DNA of 64,000 nt, from the NCBI RefSeq assembly GCF_006345805.1, contig NC_043000.1, positions 160,952,001 to 161,016,000 of the forward strand. Reading direction: 5' to 3'. Shown in pieces: positions 39,350 to 52,460 of the stretch (position 1 is its first letter; each line of letters opens with the position of its first letter). A program made the translations under genes and the position numbers. The notes below the pieces were generated by a model. The model saw only the letters and a list, made by a program, of their open reading frames with translations, was not told the DNA's origin and ran no database searches. Source of the stretch: Octopus sinensis (taxonomy: Eukaryota).

Positions 39350-39387
39350 TCTTTCTGTTGAAGAGCGTAGGCTCGAAACGTAAAAGA
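39350..39387 (+). ncRNA. Minimal type I hammerhead ribozyme motif, variant core (A6>U)
   Basis: TCTTT-CTGTTGA-A-GAGC-gtag-GCTC-GAAA-CGT-A-AAAGA. Stem I TCTTT/AAAGA. The downstream sequence is homologous to that after the 6628 motif. Confidence 0.6.
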
Positions 39388-39494
39388 CTTGTTTTATTTA
39401 TATTCCTGAGCGCCATACTAATACAATTGTTTGTTTATACTCCACCTGCCTTCGTCTTTTGTTTATTTTCATAAAGCTTCCCGTTATATATATA

Positions 39495-39541
<47 letters not shown>

Positions 39542-40369
39542 CTGGTTAATTCCGTAATGGAATCGGCGGCTTATATTTATTTGCTGCCGATAAATTTGGC
39601 GCGAGTGCGATGATTTGAAAATTTTAGGTCAGATATTGCCGAGGCAGGGACGGAAATGCCTCGTGAAAATATCTGTTCCGACTTGGCTATTTCTTACTGA
39701 TGATTCTAAGGGCCTATGGAAGATTGGCTTGATTTAATTTAATCAGGTTAGTTTACCATTAAACAGTAGATGAAACGGTGCATCGTATAAGAAATTACAG
39801 GGTAAATGTTTTTTTAATTTTCTCCTGGTTTACGGAATTGATGTTATTTTGCGGTTGAAGCTTTGGCTGTTATTTCTAGTGGGTGAATGGCCTATTATGG
39901 CCGTTCCTTGATTGTGATGTTGAACTTAAAAATGGTCTATGACTATTTAATTTTTTCCCACTAGGCCGCTGGTGGCAAAAAAATTCTACAAAATTTTTTG
40001 CCACCCTATATTGATTAATTATGAATATATATACATATATATAATACAAAATGGGACAAGGACGCAAAACATCCAGACAGACGATACAAAAAAACAAGGA
40101 CGGGTCATTCGAAGTTTTCTTTCGTCAGTCACGTACCAGATTATCTTCGCAATTTCGACTGATTATACTTGAGATTGCTCCTATCTGGCCAACCCCAAGG
40201 AAAAACTTAGCTAAGAACATTAGATTCCTCAGAAGAAAGCAGCGAATGTATACAAAAATAAGGACGGGAAAAACAGACAATGTTACACAAATACAATAAA
40301 AATAATAACAGGACATAACAACAAGTGTCTTTCGACTAAGAACGAGTTGAATTAAGCTGGCGTGTGTGG

Positions 40370-40418
<49 letters not shown>

Positions 40419-40486
40419 GCACACATACATACACACATATATGCTATTATTCGATTATTATCATTATTATTACTACTTCCACTATT

Positions 40487-40521
<35 letters not shown>

Positions 40522-40547
40522 TACCTATAACATATTCATACACAACC

Positions 40548-41668
40548 CATATAAATTCGTTCGTTTTTGTTTTCTCCGTTTATTTTAACCTTTATTTTTC
40601 ATTAAGAGTTTTAATAAATCGTTCAATGATATATTTTCTTTCGTTGTTTACAAGTCCTTGTTCCACTCTCTTCACGGTTGAAATCACCGGCTTTTGATCC
40701 ACAGAATTCACAAAGCAACATTTTGAGCTCCACGTCCTAGTTGAACGAAACGCATCGCAGACCCGACGAAACGCATGGCAGACCCAACAAAACGCATGGC
40801 AGACCCAACAAAACGCATGGCAGACCCAACAAAACGCATGGCAGACCCAACAAAACGCATGGCAGACCAACAAAACGCATGGCAGACCCAACAAAACGCA
40901 TGGCAGACCCAACAAAACGCATGGCAGACCCAACAAAACGCATGGCAGACCCAACAAAACGCATGGCAGACCCAACAAAACGCATGGCAGACCCAACAAA
41001 ACGCATGGCAGACCCAACAAAACGCATGGCAGACCCAACAAAACGCTTCGCAAACCGAAAAAGATGAAAAGGCGCTATATCAGGAGAATGTGGTGAATCT
41101 TATAGAACGTCCCAACCAAGGTTTTAATCGTGGTTTTGGTCATTTTAGTGACATGGAGGCGAGTTGGTCGCTTTTGTTCAGAAAGTGTTGTTCTCATGTT
41201 GCAAGTCTTCTGACTTTACCCATCAAATGAACGTGACTGGCGATGATAAGTGGATTGATGCGGCTCATAGTGTTCGAGTTCTTTCAATCGATCACCAATA
41301 AACCGAGATAGTCGGCAGGAATGCGGAGAGGTTGTGAGATCGAATAGCCATGCCTTGAAGCGTGAGAACGACTTTCCCTTCACTAACAGAGCCCTCCCCG
41401 TATACGACAGAAATGTGAGGAGCGGATTGGTCAGCTTTAGAGGTTTGATTGTAAGTGAAGAGAAGCAGGTGGCAAAAATGTTCATCATTTTCTACATGGT
41501 ACTCTAAAGTCTAAAAAGACGTATATGACTTTATTCGAATTTCAAAAAACGGTTAACAAAAGATGCCTAAAGCTATATAAAACCTTAAAATGCTCCGATA
41601 AAAATAGGTTTTGTGTTAATTCAAACGGCATTCAAAAGAATGGTACGAATTTATCTGACAAAGCAATA
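40548..41668 (-). pseudogene. Internally deleted mariner transposon relic
   Basis: Minus strand: (ME)YHVENDEHFCHLLLF..VYGEGSVSE, FSRFKA..FDL, IASHVHLMGKVRRL, LQHEN, LGWDVL*DSPHSPDIAPFHLFR, DVELK, VNNERKYIIE. TIR remnant ATAAATTCGT at both ends. Confidence 0.85.
40746..41057. repeat. 21-bp minisatellite (about 14 copies) inside the mariner ORF
   Basis: Unit AAAACGCATGGCAGACCCAAC. The inner copies are nearly identical and the terminal copies are diverged. Confidence 0.95.
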
Positions 41669-42815
41669 CTCACACGCACACTCACACACACATATATACT
41701 CATACACACACACACACACACGTGTGCGTGTGTCTGTCTATATGTATGTATGTGTGCGTGTGTGTATGTTTAGTTACATAACAAAATGCCCGATTCTGAC
41801 AGCCTTGACTGCACGAGCGCGCGTTGTGTATGTGTGTGCGTACATCTTCCGGCGATATATAATGGTAAAGAAACAAATCGATAAATAAATAAATAAAACC
41901 GAAACCGTTCTCTTAGAATGAAGTTTTTTTTTTTTGTAAAATGTATTCTGAACCGTGCTAAAGAAACCCTTCTGTCTCCATAATCTACAGGAATTCAGTA
42001 AATCAGATATTGTCCCGTCAAGAAATATTTAACCGACGACGCTATTGTTAACCATTCGCCATATAAATACCTAGAGCGTTCGTCCGTATGCGTGTGTTGA
42101 TTTTTCAATGTATAGTGGACTATGTTTGCGTTTCTATGTTATTTAATGCTGTATGTGTGTTTGAATAATTTGTTTGGCTTATCACTTTTCTAATAGCTTT
42201 CATTTTGTTTAGAGCTCTGGTATTAATCGAGAAACCGGTACAGATTTAGTCAACCAATGTATATATGTATAAAAGTGTCAATATGTTTATGTCCGTGGTG
42301 GAGACAGCGAGATGGGGGGGGGGATAGAGGAATGGTCTGAAAGGAGAGATTAAGGAAATGAAAGAAATATAAGAAAGAAAAAAAAAACAGAATGACAGTA
42401 GGGGTACATACAAGCTTTTCAACACAGACACATACACACACACACGCACACACGCACATACACAAACACATACACACCTCACGTGTGTATGTACACGAGT
42501 GAGTATGTGTGTATGGGTTGCGTGTGTGTAAAGGATTGTCAAATGAATTCGTATGTTTCTTTTGGATGTTATTCGAATTAACACTTACACAAATTAGTCA
42601 CCGACACACACCCCACACACACACGCTCACTCACCTACACATCCACACATACGCACACACACACATACGCTAACATATATTTTTGTATGTATATATATAT
42701 ATGGATGGATGGATGGATGGATGGATGGATGGATGGATGGACGGATAGACGGACGGGTGGATGGATAAAACTTATAGCCAAACATAAACAGTCCTATAGG
42801 AACGAATAAACAAGC

Positions 42816-43019
42816 GGAACTACTTGGGAACAGTAGTCCCGGAGCGCGCACTCGCGTACTCGCTCGTCCTCGCTAGTTAGTCATGACTACTCGATCCTTA
42901 CTTTGTGTTTTATTTACTTTGCTAGGTAGTCGCTGTAGGATCGACTAGTCACGACTAGCTAGCGCGGACGCGCGACTACGCGAGTGCGCGCACCGGGACC
43001 ACTGTTCTCAAGTAGTACC
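42816..43019. mobile_element. Foldback MITE with 9-bp TSD, Mutator (MULE)-like
   Basis: ~80-bp imperfect inverted arms starting GGAACTAC and ending GTAGTACC. TAAACAAGC is duplicated at 42807-42815 and 43020-43028. Confidence 0.8.
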
Positions 43020-43784
43020 TAAACAAGCGTATAGTAAAATCCATAAATCCAAACAAATATAAATGGATTACATAATCCGCACACATAAAATGCACGGACA
43101 CACATACACACACGTAACAATCGCACTATTTTCCCGTCAGGCAGGAGTCAGCTCGATCCGCTAGAAATAACGCTCAAATCTCTCTCAAAAGTCATTTTTT
43201 TGTTGTTTAGAAATAACAAAGAAATGTTTAGAATTAATTAATTAATGAAGGGTACATCGACAAATGTAGAACTGTTTATAAAGTTTGAATAAAAGATGGT
43301 CCTGGCGTGGCCGTGAAGGGATTTGACGATAACCCTGCTTACTCACTGATGACCAACAGGGACTACAGCAGCGAAATACCAATGCAATGTTATTACCATC
43401 TCAGTAATGTGGGCGCCTCTATGTGTCCCGCATAATCTGCTGGAAATAGCAGTCGAATATCCCTCAGATAATACGGGAAAATTTTGAAATGAGAAAGGAC
43501 GCCCTGGGTATCTATAGTCCAAGATACTCCATGCCTGAGTAAATTTCTGTTTGGTAACAGTATATATTCATTCAGCCTGGTCTTAGGTTCCAGGATCAAT
43601 GTTTAACTCTGGCTAAAATAAACCCTACCCTGACCCACCCATTATATCGATTGTTCATATTTTGTATGGTTTACATTTGTTTTAATTTCAGATAGGAATT
43701 TCCTAAAAAATTTCCTCAACACACACTGAAAAGTGAATGGATGAATAAATATATAAAATCTATCAGCTCCAACTTTATTTCTCT

Positions 43785-43861
<77 letters not shown>

Positions 43862-44767
43862 TCTTTTACACGCACACACAAACATGTACACATGATTACA
43901 CACATACACACACAGGGTTTGAAAAGCTGTTTATGACGAAACTTCAAAGTACCTTTCACCTTTGACAGATTAAAATTAAAAACAAAAATGACTGTCACAC
44001 TACATTTCCTATTAAGGCCCTTCTGCAGTCATTTACTCATATTTTTGTTTATTTATTTAAACATTTTCAGAAAAAAACATTGACTCATAATATTCAAATG
44101 TTAGTGTACATATATATATAATCACATGTGTATGTATGTACCTGTGTGCGTGTGCGTGCATATGTGTGTGTGTGTTGTGTGTGTGAGTGTATGCATAAAT
44201 ACACTATCGATTTTCGGACGACCGATGGTCCGGCATCGTCTTTAATTCGGATAAATTACGAAGGGCTGTTTAAAAATCCCGTGGTTCACCAGTCAAGCTC
44301 TTTCCACGACAACAGGTGGGATTGAGTGTACCGTATGCTTAAGTGTATTATTTACACTGCACTTGTTAAAGACGATGCCAAAACTTTGAGATAACCTCTG
44401 CTTACTTAGCTTCAAGTTACCCGTACGCATGGCCGCTATATGTAAGAGACCTAAGAGCGTCCGTTGTTAGTGTCAAACGTAAACACCGATACATATCGAT
44501 CCGAGATAAAGTGGAACTATTGAAAAACACGGACGTGGTGTTTTGCTATGTAAAGTGTGTGATATCTATGGCATTATGCTGTATAATTAGTATGTTAGAT
44601 TCGTGTTGAATCAATTATAAGGTAACCACGAATGGCCCGATAAAATGGTTCATTTGCCAAGGCTTTGGAACTGAGGTCTTCGGAAATTCGTGGGGTAGGG
44701 AGCATTCTTGTAATCTGTATGTATGTCATTATTCAGGTATGTACGTATGTATGTACATACGTATACG

Positions 44768-44849
<82 letters not shown>

Positions 44850-44869
44850 CCTATCTATCTATCTATCTA

Positions 44870-44967
<98 letters not shown>
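44768..44967. repeat. (CTAT)n microsatellite
   Basis: Direct reading. Confidence 0.95.
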
Positions 44968-45260
44968 ATGTATGTATGTATGTATATATCGACGTACATA
45001 CCTATATGATACTCTCTCCTTCACTGTCTATATACTATTATATCTTGCCAGCATCCTGTTTCTCTCTCCTACTATTTTTCTCTCACACGCAGAAATTTTT
45101 CAATACGATCGTCCACACACACACACACACAACACACACACACACACACACACATACACACACACATACACACACACAAGTACACACACACACATACACA
45201 CACACACACACACACATACACAAACCTCCAAACACATTCATGCTAATATAGCTACACTTA

Positions 45261-45668
45261 TAGGCGTGGCTGTGTGGTAAGAGGTTTGCTTCCCAACCAC
45301 ATGGTTCCGGGTTCAGTCCCACTGCGTGGCATCTTGGGCAAGTGTTTTCTAGTCCCGAGGTCGATCATAACACGTGTGATGATATGGTAGACGGAATCTG
45401 AAAGAAACTCATGTGTATTGTGTGTGTGTGTGTGTGTGTATTAGTGTTTGTCCTTACTACCACCTGACAACCGGTGTTGGTGTGTTTACGTACCCGTAAC
45501 TTAATCTACCGGTAAAAGAGACCGGTAGAATAAGTACCAGGTTAAAAAAAGACACACACACAATCAGAGGAAGTAGTGAGATCGATTCGTTCGGCGGTAA
45601 TTCTTCAAGGCGGTTCCCCAACATAGCTGCAGTCTAACGACTGAAAAGTATAAAGTATGTATAAAAGA
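45261..45668 (+). mobile_element. SINE family A copy
   Basis: Head TAGGCGTGGCTGTGTGGTAAG...GGTTCAGTCCC, body and tail. Confidence 0.8.
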
Positions 45669-46108
45669 TAGCTACGTATGTGCACATTCTGAAGAAATAA
45701 GTAGATTTGTGTTTTTGTGTGCGTATGTACGTGTTTTAGAAAAAAGACGGAGAGACAAATTCAGAGACAGAGAGTGAGTAAGAAAGAGAGAAAGAGAGAA
45801 AGAAAGAGATTCTGCGTTGGCTCACACAGATAACCGCTTAGGTTTAGTAAAAGCGATTTCGCTAACAAACATAGAGACTCGACTTGGTTACGTAACTTTT
45901 GTCTCTCAACAAGCAGTATTCTCTTCTCTCCCTCTCTCCCTACTTCCCCCTTTCCCCCCATCTCTCTCTTTCTCTCTCTCTCTCTCTATCCCTCTCCCTC
46001 TCTCTTTGTCTATCTATCTATGTATCTATCTATCTATTCATCCCTCTCTCTCTCTATCTCTCTCTCTATATATATGTCTGTCTGTCTATCTATCTATCTA
46101 TCTATCTG

Positions 46109-46171
<63 letters not shown>

Positions 46172-46559
46172 GTCTATCTATCTATTCATCTATCTATCTA
46201 TCTATCTGTCTGCCTGTCGGTCTGTCTTCTGTCTGTCTCTCGCACACACACACTCCAAACAGACAGACAGACACACACGCGCGCGCGCGCACACGCACAC
46301 ACACACACTCACACTTATACATACGCTCGCACTTTTTCAAGCAACGAGATAAATCCACTGGTAAGTGTTCGCTCAACCTGGTAGAAATAGTAGGCGAGAT
46401 TCCCTCAAATTAATCCTTAACGACCATGAAAGCTCAGGTGACAACGGATAATGTAATTCGAGGTACACAAAACCCGAGGGAAGAACGGTCGTTTTAATGA
46501 CTGTAACAGATCAGATCATAGGCTTGTCCAGTCAATGCTGACCTAAGGCTGGACAAGGA

Positions 46560-46735
46560 CACTAACCAGCACAGGGCCTAAAATTTTGAGGAAGTTTCAC
46601 TGTTATTGATTTTATCAACCCCGAAAGGATGAGAGGCCAAGTCAACCTCAGCGGGTAGAACGTAAAACCGGTAAGAGTGCCGTTAGACATTTTAAAGTAC
46701 GACGTGCTAACGATTCTACCAGCGCGTCGCTTTAT
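46560..46735 (-). mobile_element. SINE family B copy (diverged)
   Basis: Reverse complement of the core (TTTATCAACCCCGAAAGGATGAGAGGC). Confidence 0.65.
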
Positions 46736-46742
46736 CAACAAC

Positions 46743-46811
<69 letters not shown>

Positions 46812-46818
46812 TAATAAT

Positions 46819-47200
46819 AAAAAATGCTTTCTAATTGATGTATCAATACCGGCAGATGACAACGTGTCTCTAAAAGAAATGGAGAAACTCTCAAAATACA
46901 AAGACCTGGAAATAGAGGTAACTAGAATGTGGAATCTAAAAGCAGAAACAATTCCTATCATAGTAGGTGCATTAGGCATGATAAAAAAATATTCAGACAA
47001 ATACATAACAAAAACACCAGGACTTACAAACACATATAACATACAGAAAATTGCACTACTAGGCACTGCACACATCCTACGCAGAACACTTTCCATACAA
47101 TAACCATCAGAGCATCACAACAAATCACAGCACATACCCAAGGCACACAGAGCTGCGCTCGGTAGTGAAGTGAAAGCACGCTATAAAAATAAAACTACTG
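46819..47200 (+). mobile_element. 5'-truncated R4/Dong-type RLE LINE (end of endonuclease plus 3' UTR)
   Basis: [33 protein letters not shown]...IIVGALG...LLGTAHILRRTLSIQ. (AAT)n on both sides. Confidence 0.9.
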
Positions 47201-47207
47201 AATAATG

Positions 47208-47268
<61 letters not shown>

Positions 47269-47293
47269 TAATAATAATAATAATAATAAATGC

Positions 47294-47595
47294 CCTTTGG
47301 GGTTTGAATAATTCACCTCTGGCAACATGGGTGTTTCGTTCAACATCCTTAATCAATCCTTATTCAGGGATCTTTTGAGCGGGATGGGTTACTCGACCAG
47401 AATAAAATTGTAACTGGGGCCCCACCTGCAAGGTCATGTGCTGTTTATCTTGATATGAGATCACCATGTCGCACACGCATTTGTTGTGATTCATGTGCCT
47501 AGTGTACCATTATCAGTCGGGTAGTCATGATGGGTATAGTGGGCTTCGTATATTTTACCCCAGTCTCACATTGATGGCATGCACTGCTCTCTAAA
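47294..47595 (+). mobile_element. Unclassified non-coding interspersed repeat (family C), 5'-truncated copy
   Basis: Homologous to the reverse complement of 53305-53773. Ends GCACTGCTCTCT followed by (AAT)n. Confidence 0.75.
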
Positions 47596-47602
47596 TTCAA
47601 TG

Positions 47603-47672
<70 letters not shown>

Positions 47673-47681
47673 CAACAACAA

Positions 47682-48050
47682 CAAGAGCACTCAGAGAGCG
47701 CAAATCTCTGCCAAGACAACACCATCGTCCTCTCAACGATTAGGCGGAGATGGTTTTTAAAATGAGAATATCTGAAAAACGAAAATACCAAAAGTGAACC
47801 CAAACGCTCTCAAAAATTAAGTAAAGAAAACAAAACCGGAAAAATAATCCAGAATCCTTGTCCAGTATCATATCGATGCTAAAGTCTAATCAGTCTATGC
47901 CAGTCATGAGGCCAAACAACCATGAAAGTTTCATTCGAATCCATCCAGCGGTTCTTGAGATATCTTTTCCACGGATAAACCAACCAACCAACAAACAAAC
48001 ACAACTGAAAACAATACCTCCGCATTCGCCAAGGCGGAGATAATAATAAT
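47682..48050 (+). mobile_element. Possible Helentron-associated (HINE-like) non-autonomous element
   Basis: Subterminal motif AAGAGCACTCAGAGAGCGCAAATCTCTGCC at the 5' end, and a 3' hairpin CTCCGCATTCGCCAAGGCGGAG after an (AACC/AAAC) tract. Confidence 0.35.
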
Positions 48051-48187
48051 AATAATATATTTTAAAAAAGGATTCACGTAACTCTTCACGAAGAAAATAA
48101 AAATAGGAAAAATAATCCAGAATCTTTGTCCAGTAACGGATCGATCCCAAAGTCTAACCTTATTTTGAACTTGACAAAGACAGACAT

Positions 48188-48589
48188 ACTCTTTTTTTTT
48201 TTTTTTTACTTGTTTACAGTCATTTGACTGCGGCCATGCTGGAGCACCACCTTTGATCGAGCAACTCGACCCCGGGACTTATTCTTTGTAAGCCCAGTAC
48301 TTATTCTATCGGTCTCTTTTGCCGAACCGCTAAGTAACGGGGACATAAACACACCAGCATCGGTTGTCAAGCAATACTAGGGGGACAAACACAGACACAC
48401 AAACACACACGCGCATATATATATATATATACGACGGGCTTCTTTTAGTTTCCGTCTACCAAATCCACTGACAAGGCATTGGTCGGCCCGAGGCTATAGT
48501 AGAAGACAATTGCCCAAGGTGCCACGCAGTGGGATTGAACCCGGAACCATGTGGTTGGTAAGCAAGCTACTTACCACACAGCCACTCCT
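48188..48589 (-). mobile_element. SINE family A copy, well preserved
   Basis: Reverse complement of the head, body and tail, with high identity to 1473-1876. Confidence 0.88.
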
Positions 48590-48642
48590 TGTTGAAATAT
48601 CGTTCAATAAGATAACTTACAATCGAATCGCGTTCTTCTTCT

Positions 48643-48734
<92 letters not shown>

Positions 48735-48735
<1 letters not shown>

Positions 48736-48868
48736 GCACACATCCTACGCAGAACACTATCCATACAATAATCATCAGAACATCACAACAAATCACAGCA
48801 CATACCCAAGGCACACAGAGCTGCGCTCGGTAGTGAAATGAAAGCATGATATAAAAAATATACTACTG
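48735..48868 (+). mobile_element. Very short 3' fragment of the R4/Dong-type LINE
   Basis: TGCACACATCCTACGCAGAAC...CTACTG matches the 3' ends at 47060-47200 and 51910-52054. (AAT)n flanks. Confidence 0.85.
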
Positions 48869-48875
48869 AACGATA

Positions 48876-48946
<71 letters not shown>

Positions 48947-48949
48947 TGA

Positions 48950-51900
48950 TAATATAAAAAATAAAATAATCAAAGAACTAAAAACCACAGAGCTCAAAAT
49001 GGACCACCGACCATACCTCCCAAGAATAAAAATAAACGCAATAACAACACCAATTATAAACAACATAAACCTAGCCGTCACTGAACCAGCCACTGAAACA
49101 AAAAAAAAGTGATATCACTGAACTAAATGACTTGATATACGCAGCAGCCACTGCAGCCACAAAAGAAGCTGGATACTCACCCAACCCGCCCAACAGGAGT
49201 ACCACCACCCAAACAACCCTGTGGATAAATAACATCCAAAAAAAATAAAAAAAAATAGAAAAGACCTGTCGATTCTTAATGAAATCAGCAAACAAGCAAC
49301 GCTACTGAGCAACAAAAAGAGAACAAAAATGCTCCGCAAATATAACACCACAGAAAAAGATTTGCCGGAGATAAAAGAAAAGCTGAAGCAAGATATCCTT
49401 GCCAAAGCTCAAAGGATCCGCCGGTACGAGAAACACCAACGCTTCTTTGAACAGAACAAAAAGTTCAACTCCGACCCCAAAAAGTTCTACCAAGAACTGG
49501 GCAAAAATAAAATAGAAGTCACTGCAGCACACCAACGGCAGAAGAATTGGAAGAATTCTGGGAGAAATATGGTCGGCGAACGAACCACCAAAAAAAGGGG
49601 TATCAAAATAACAACTCGGCATCTGAACAAACTTGGACCCCCATAACAACTGAAGAGGTCACCCAGGCACTGCAAGACTAAGCAACTGGAAGGCACCTGG
49701 GCATGACAAGATCCCCAACTTCTGGTTGAAATATCTAACAGGATGCACAAAAAGCTGGCTGAAAACTTTAACAACGTACTAGCAGAGCCAGAGACAATGC
49801 CTGAATGGCTCACGAAGGGGAAAACCATCTTAATTCCCAAATCAAATGAAACAGAAAAACCAGAAAACTACAGACCAATAACCTGCCTCCCTACTATGTC
49901 AAGGCATTTACTGCAGTGATATCGCAAAGGCTGAACAAGCACCTGGACGAAAACAAACTGTTCCCAGAAGAGCAGAAAGGATGCCGCAAAGGCTCATATG
50001 GCTGTAAAGATCAACTAATGATTAATAAAGCCATAACTGAAGACAGCCACAGAAAGAAGAAAGGCCTCAGTATGGCCTGGATTGACTACAAAAAGGCGTT
50101 TGATAGCATCCCCACACATGGATCCTCGAAACACCTAGCCATTAACAAAGTAGCACCAACAATCATAAATTCATAGAGCACTCTATGAATAAATGGCAAA
50201 CAGTCCTACCCCCCAAACAAAAGAGGGACTTCATGAAACCAAAGACATCCCCATTAGAAGAGGAATATTCCAGGAGATACGCTCTCTCCACTCCTTTTCT
50301 GCTTGGCACTGTCACCTCTATCTGATATGCTAAATAGAACTGGATGCGGATATAAATGTTACAGCAGCAAACGATCAGCCACTTTTTATATGGATGACCT
50401 AAAACTATACGCTGCAAATGACAAACAGCTGGAACACTATTAAAGACAGTTCATGGATTTACCAAGAAATAGATATGAAATTTGGATTAGAAAAATGCGC
50501 CAAAAACAAAAAAGTAACCATGAAAAGAGGAAAACTAGTTAAGAGTAACACATCACACTAGATGAAGCAAAGGAAAATAAACGAATTAGACCAAAGCCAA
50601 ACTTACAAATACATAGGAATCCATGAACTAGATAAGACACAACACACACAAATGAAAGAGAAAAATAAAAAAAGAATATTATAGACGAGTTAGATCAATA
50701 CTAAACACAGAGCTCATGCTAAAAACAAGATAATACGTATCAACACTTTAGCTGTCCCAGTTATAAGTTACAGCTACAATATCCTTAACTGGACACGAAA
50801 TGAACTGACCAAAATAGACAGGAAAACAACAAAAATAATGACAGGATCTAGGATGCATCACCCAAAATCTGACATAGAAGACTATATATACAACGTATAG
50901 AAGGTGGTAGAGGCCTTATACAGCTGGAAAACTACTATAAATTAACCACCATAGGACTGCAAAAAATATCTACTTCAGAAGGAAGGAAAACTGATCCAGA
51001 TAGCGGCAAAACACGAGCAAAACAAAAAACTGTTCTCAGTATTTAAGGAAGCTGACAAATACAAACAAGAATCATACCACCTAATAAACATGAAGAAGAA
51101 GAAGAAGAAGATGAAGAAAGAAACAACAAAGCTATAAAACAAATGAAATCCAAACTAAAAATAGAACAGCAACGAACCATGATAAAACGATGACAAGAAA
51201 AGCCCCTTCATGGTAAATACTGGACTAAACTAAACGCAAAAGAATAGACAAAGAAAAATCCCAGCAATGGTTGAGAAGCTCAGGACTCAAAGCAGAAACA
51301 GAGGGATTTTTAATTGCAGCACAAGACCAAAGCCTCCCACAGAAATTACCAAAAACATGTAATGAAAAGAAATATTACAAGTAACTGCAGAATATGTGGA
51401 GATGGACAAGAAACAATAAATCATATTATCTCTAGTGCCCAGTCCTGGCTAAGAAGGATATATTCACAGACATGACAGAGTTGGAACTTACATACATTGG
51501 AAGCTATGCCAACATTATGGAATAACAACAGAAAAAAGATGGTATAGGCACACACCAGAAAAGGTCACAGAAAACGAGAAAGCAACCATACTCTGGGATA
51601 TGCCGATACACACAGATAGAGAAATTAAGGCCAACAGACCAGATATAGTGTCAGAGACCTGATGAAGAAAAAAATGCTTTCTAATTGATGTATCAGTACC
51701 GGCAGATGACAACGTGTCTCTAAAAGAAATGGAGAAACTCTCAAAATACAAAGACCTGGAAATAGAGGTAACTAGAATGTGGAATCTGAAAACAGAAACA
51801 ATTCCTATCATAGTAGGTGCATTAGGCATGATAAAAAATATTCAGACAAATACATAACAAAAACTCCAGGACTTACAAACACATATACATACAGAAAATT

Positions 51901-52054
51901 GCACTACTAGGCACTGCACACATCCTACGCAGAACACTTTCCATACAATAACCATCAGAGCATCACAACAAATCACAGCACATACCCAAGGCACACAGAG
52001 CTGCGCTCGGTAGTGAAGTGAAAGCACGCTATAAAAATAAAAATAAAACTACTG
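48950..52054 (+). pseudogene. 5'-truncated R4/Dong-clade non-LTR retrotransposon (RT, CCHC knuckle, restriction-like endonuclease), frameshifted
   Basis: NYRPITCLPT, EQKGCRKGSYGCKDQL, AWIDYKKAFDS (~50083), GIFQGDTLSPLLF (~50268), LYMDDLKLY (~50388), CRICG..ETINHIISSC (~51386) and NRPDIV...DV (~51636). (AAT)n on both sides. Confidence 0.92.
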
Positions 52055-52084
52055 AATAATAATAATAATGATAATAATAATAAT

Positions 52085-52460
52085 CGTTTCTACTAAAGGC
52101 ACCATGCCCGAAATTTTGGGAGAGGGAACTAGTCGATTACATCGACCCCAGTTTTCACTGGTACTTAATTTATCGACCCCAAAACGATGTGTGGCAAAGT
52201 CGACCTCGGCGGAATTTGAACTCAGAACTTAAAGACGGACGAAATGCTATTAAGCATTTTTCCCTGCGTGCTAACAATTCTGCTATGGAATGCCTGAAAT
52301 TTGTAGAGATGCGGCTAGTTGATTACACCGACCACAGTGTTGGACTGGTTACTTAATTTATCGACCCTGAAACAATGAAAAGTTCAAGTGGCCTCAGCAG
52401 AATTTGAGCTCAGAACGTCAAGCCGGAAGAAACGTCGCTAAGCATATCACGTCCGATAAT
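52085..52460 (-). mobile_element. Two SINE family B copies
   Basis: The core occurs at ~52170 and ~52360. Confidence 0.75.

Noticed and set aside
40085-40135. Minus-strand CTGACGA-AAG/CTT-GAAT motif
   Set aside because: It has GAAT instead of GAAA and no stem I complementarity.
41230-41256. Plus-strand NVTGDDKWI resembling the mariner TGDEKW motif (apparent internal inversion)
   Set aside because: The same bases read IASHVHLMGKVRRL on the minus strand, collinear with the rest of the transposase, so it is a coincidence.
43346-43380. CTGATGA...GAAA spacing suggestive of a hammerhead
   Set aside because: No stem II closing onto GAAA, and no stem I or stem III pairing.
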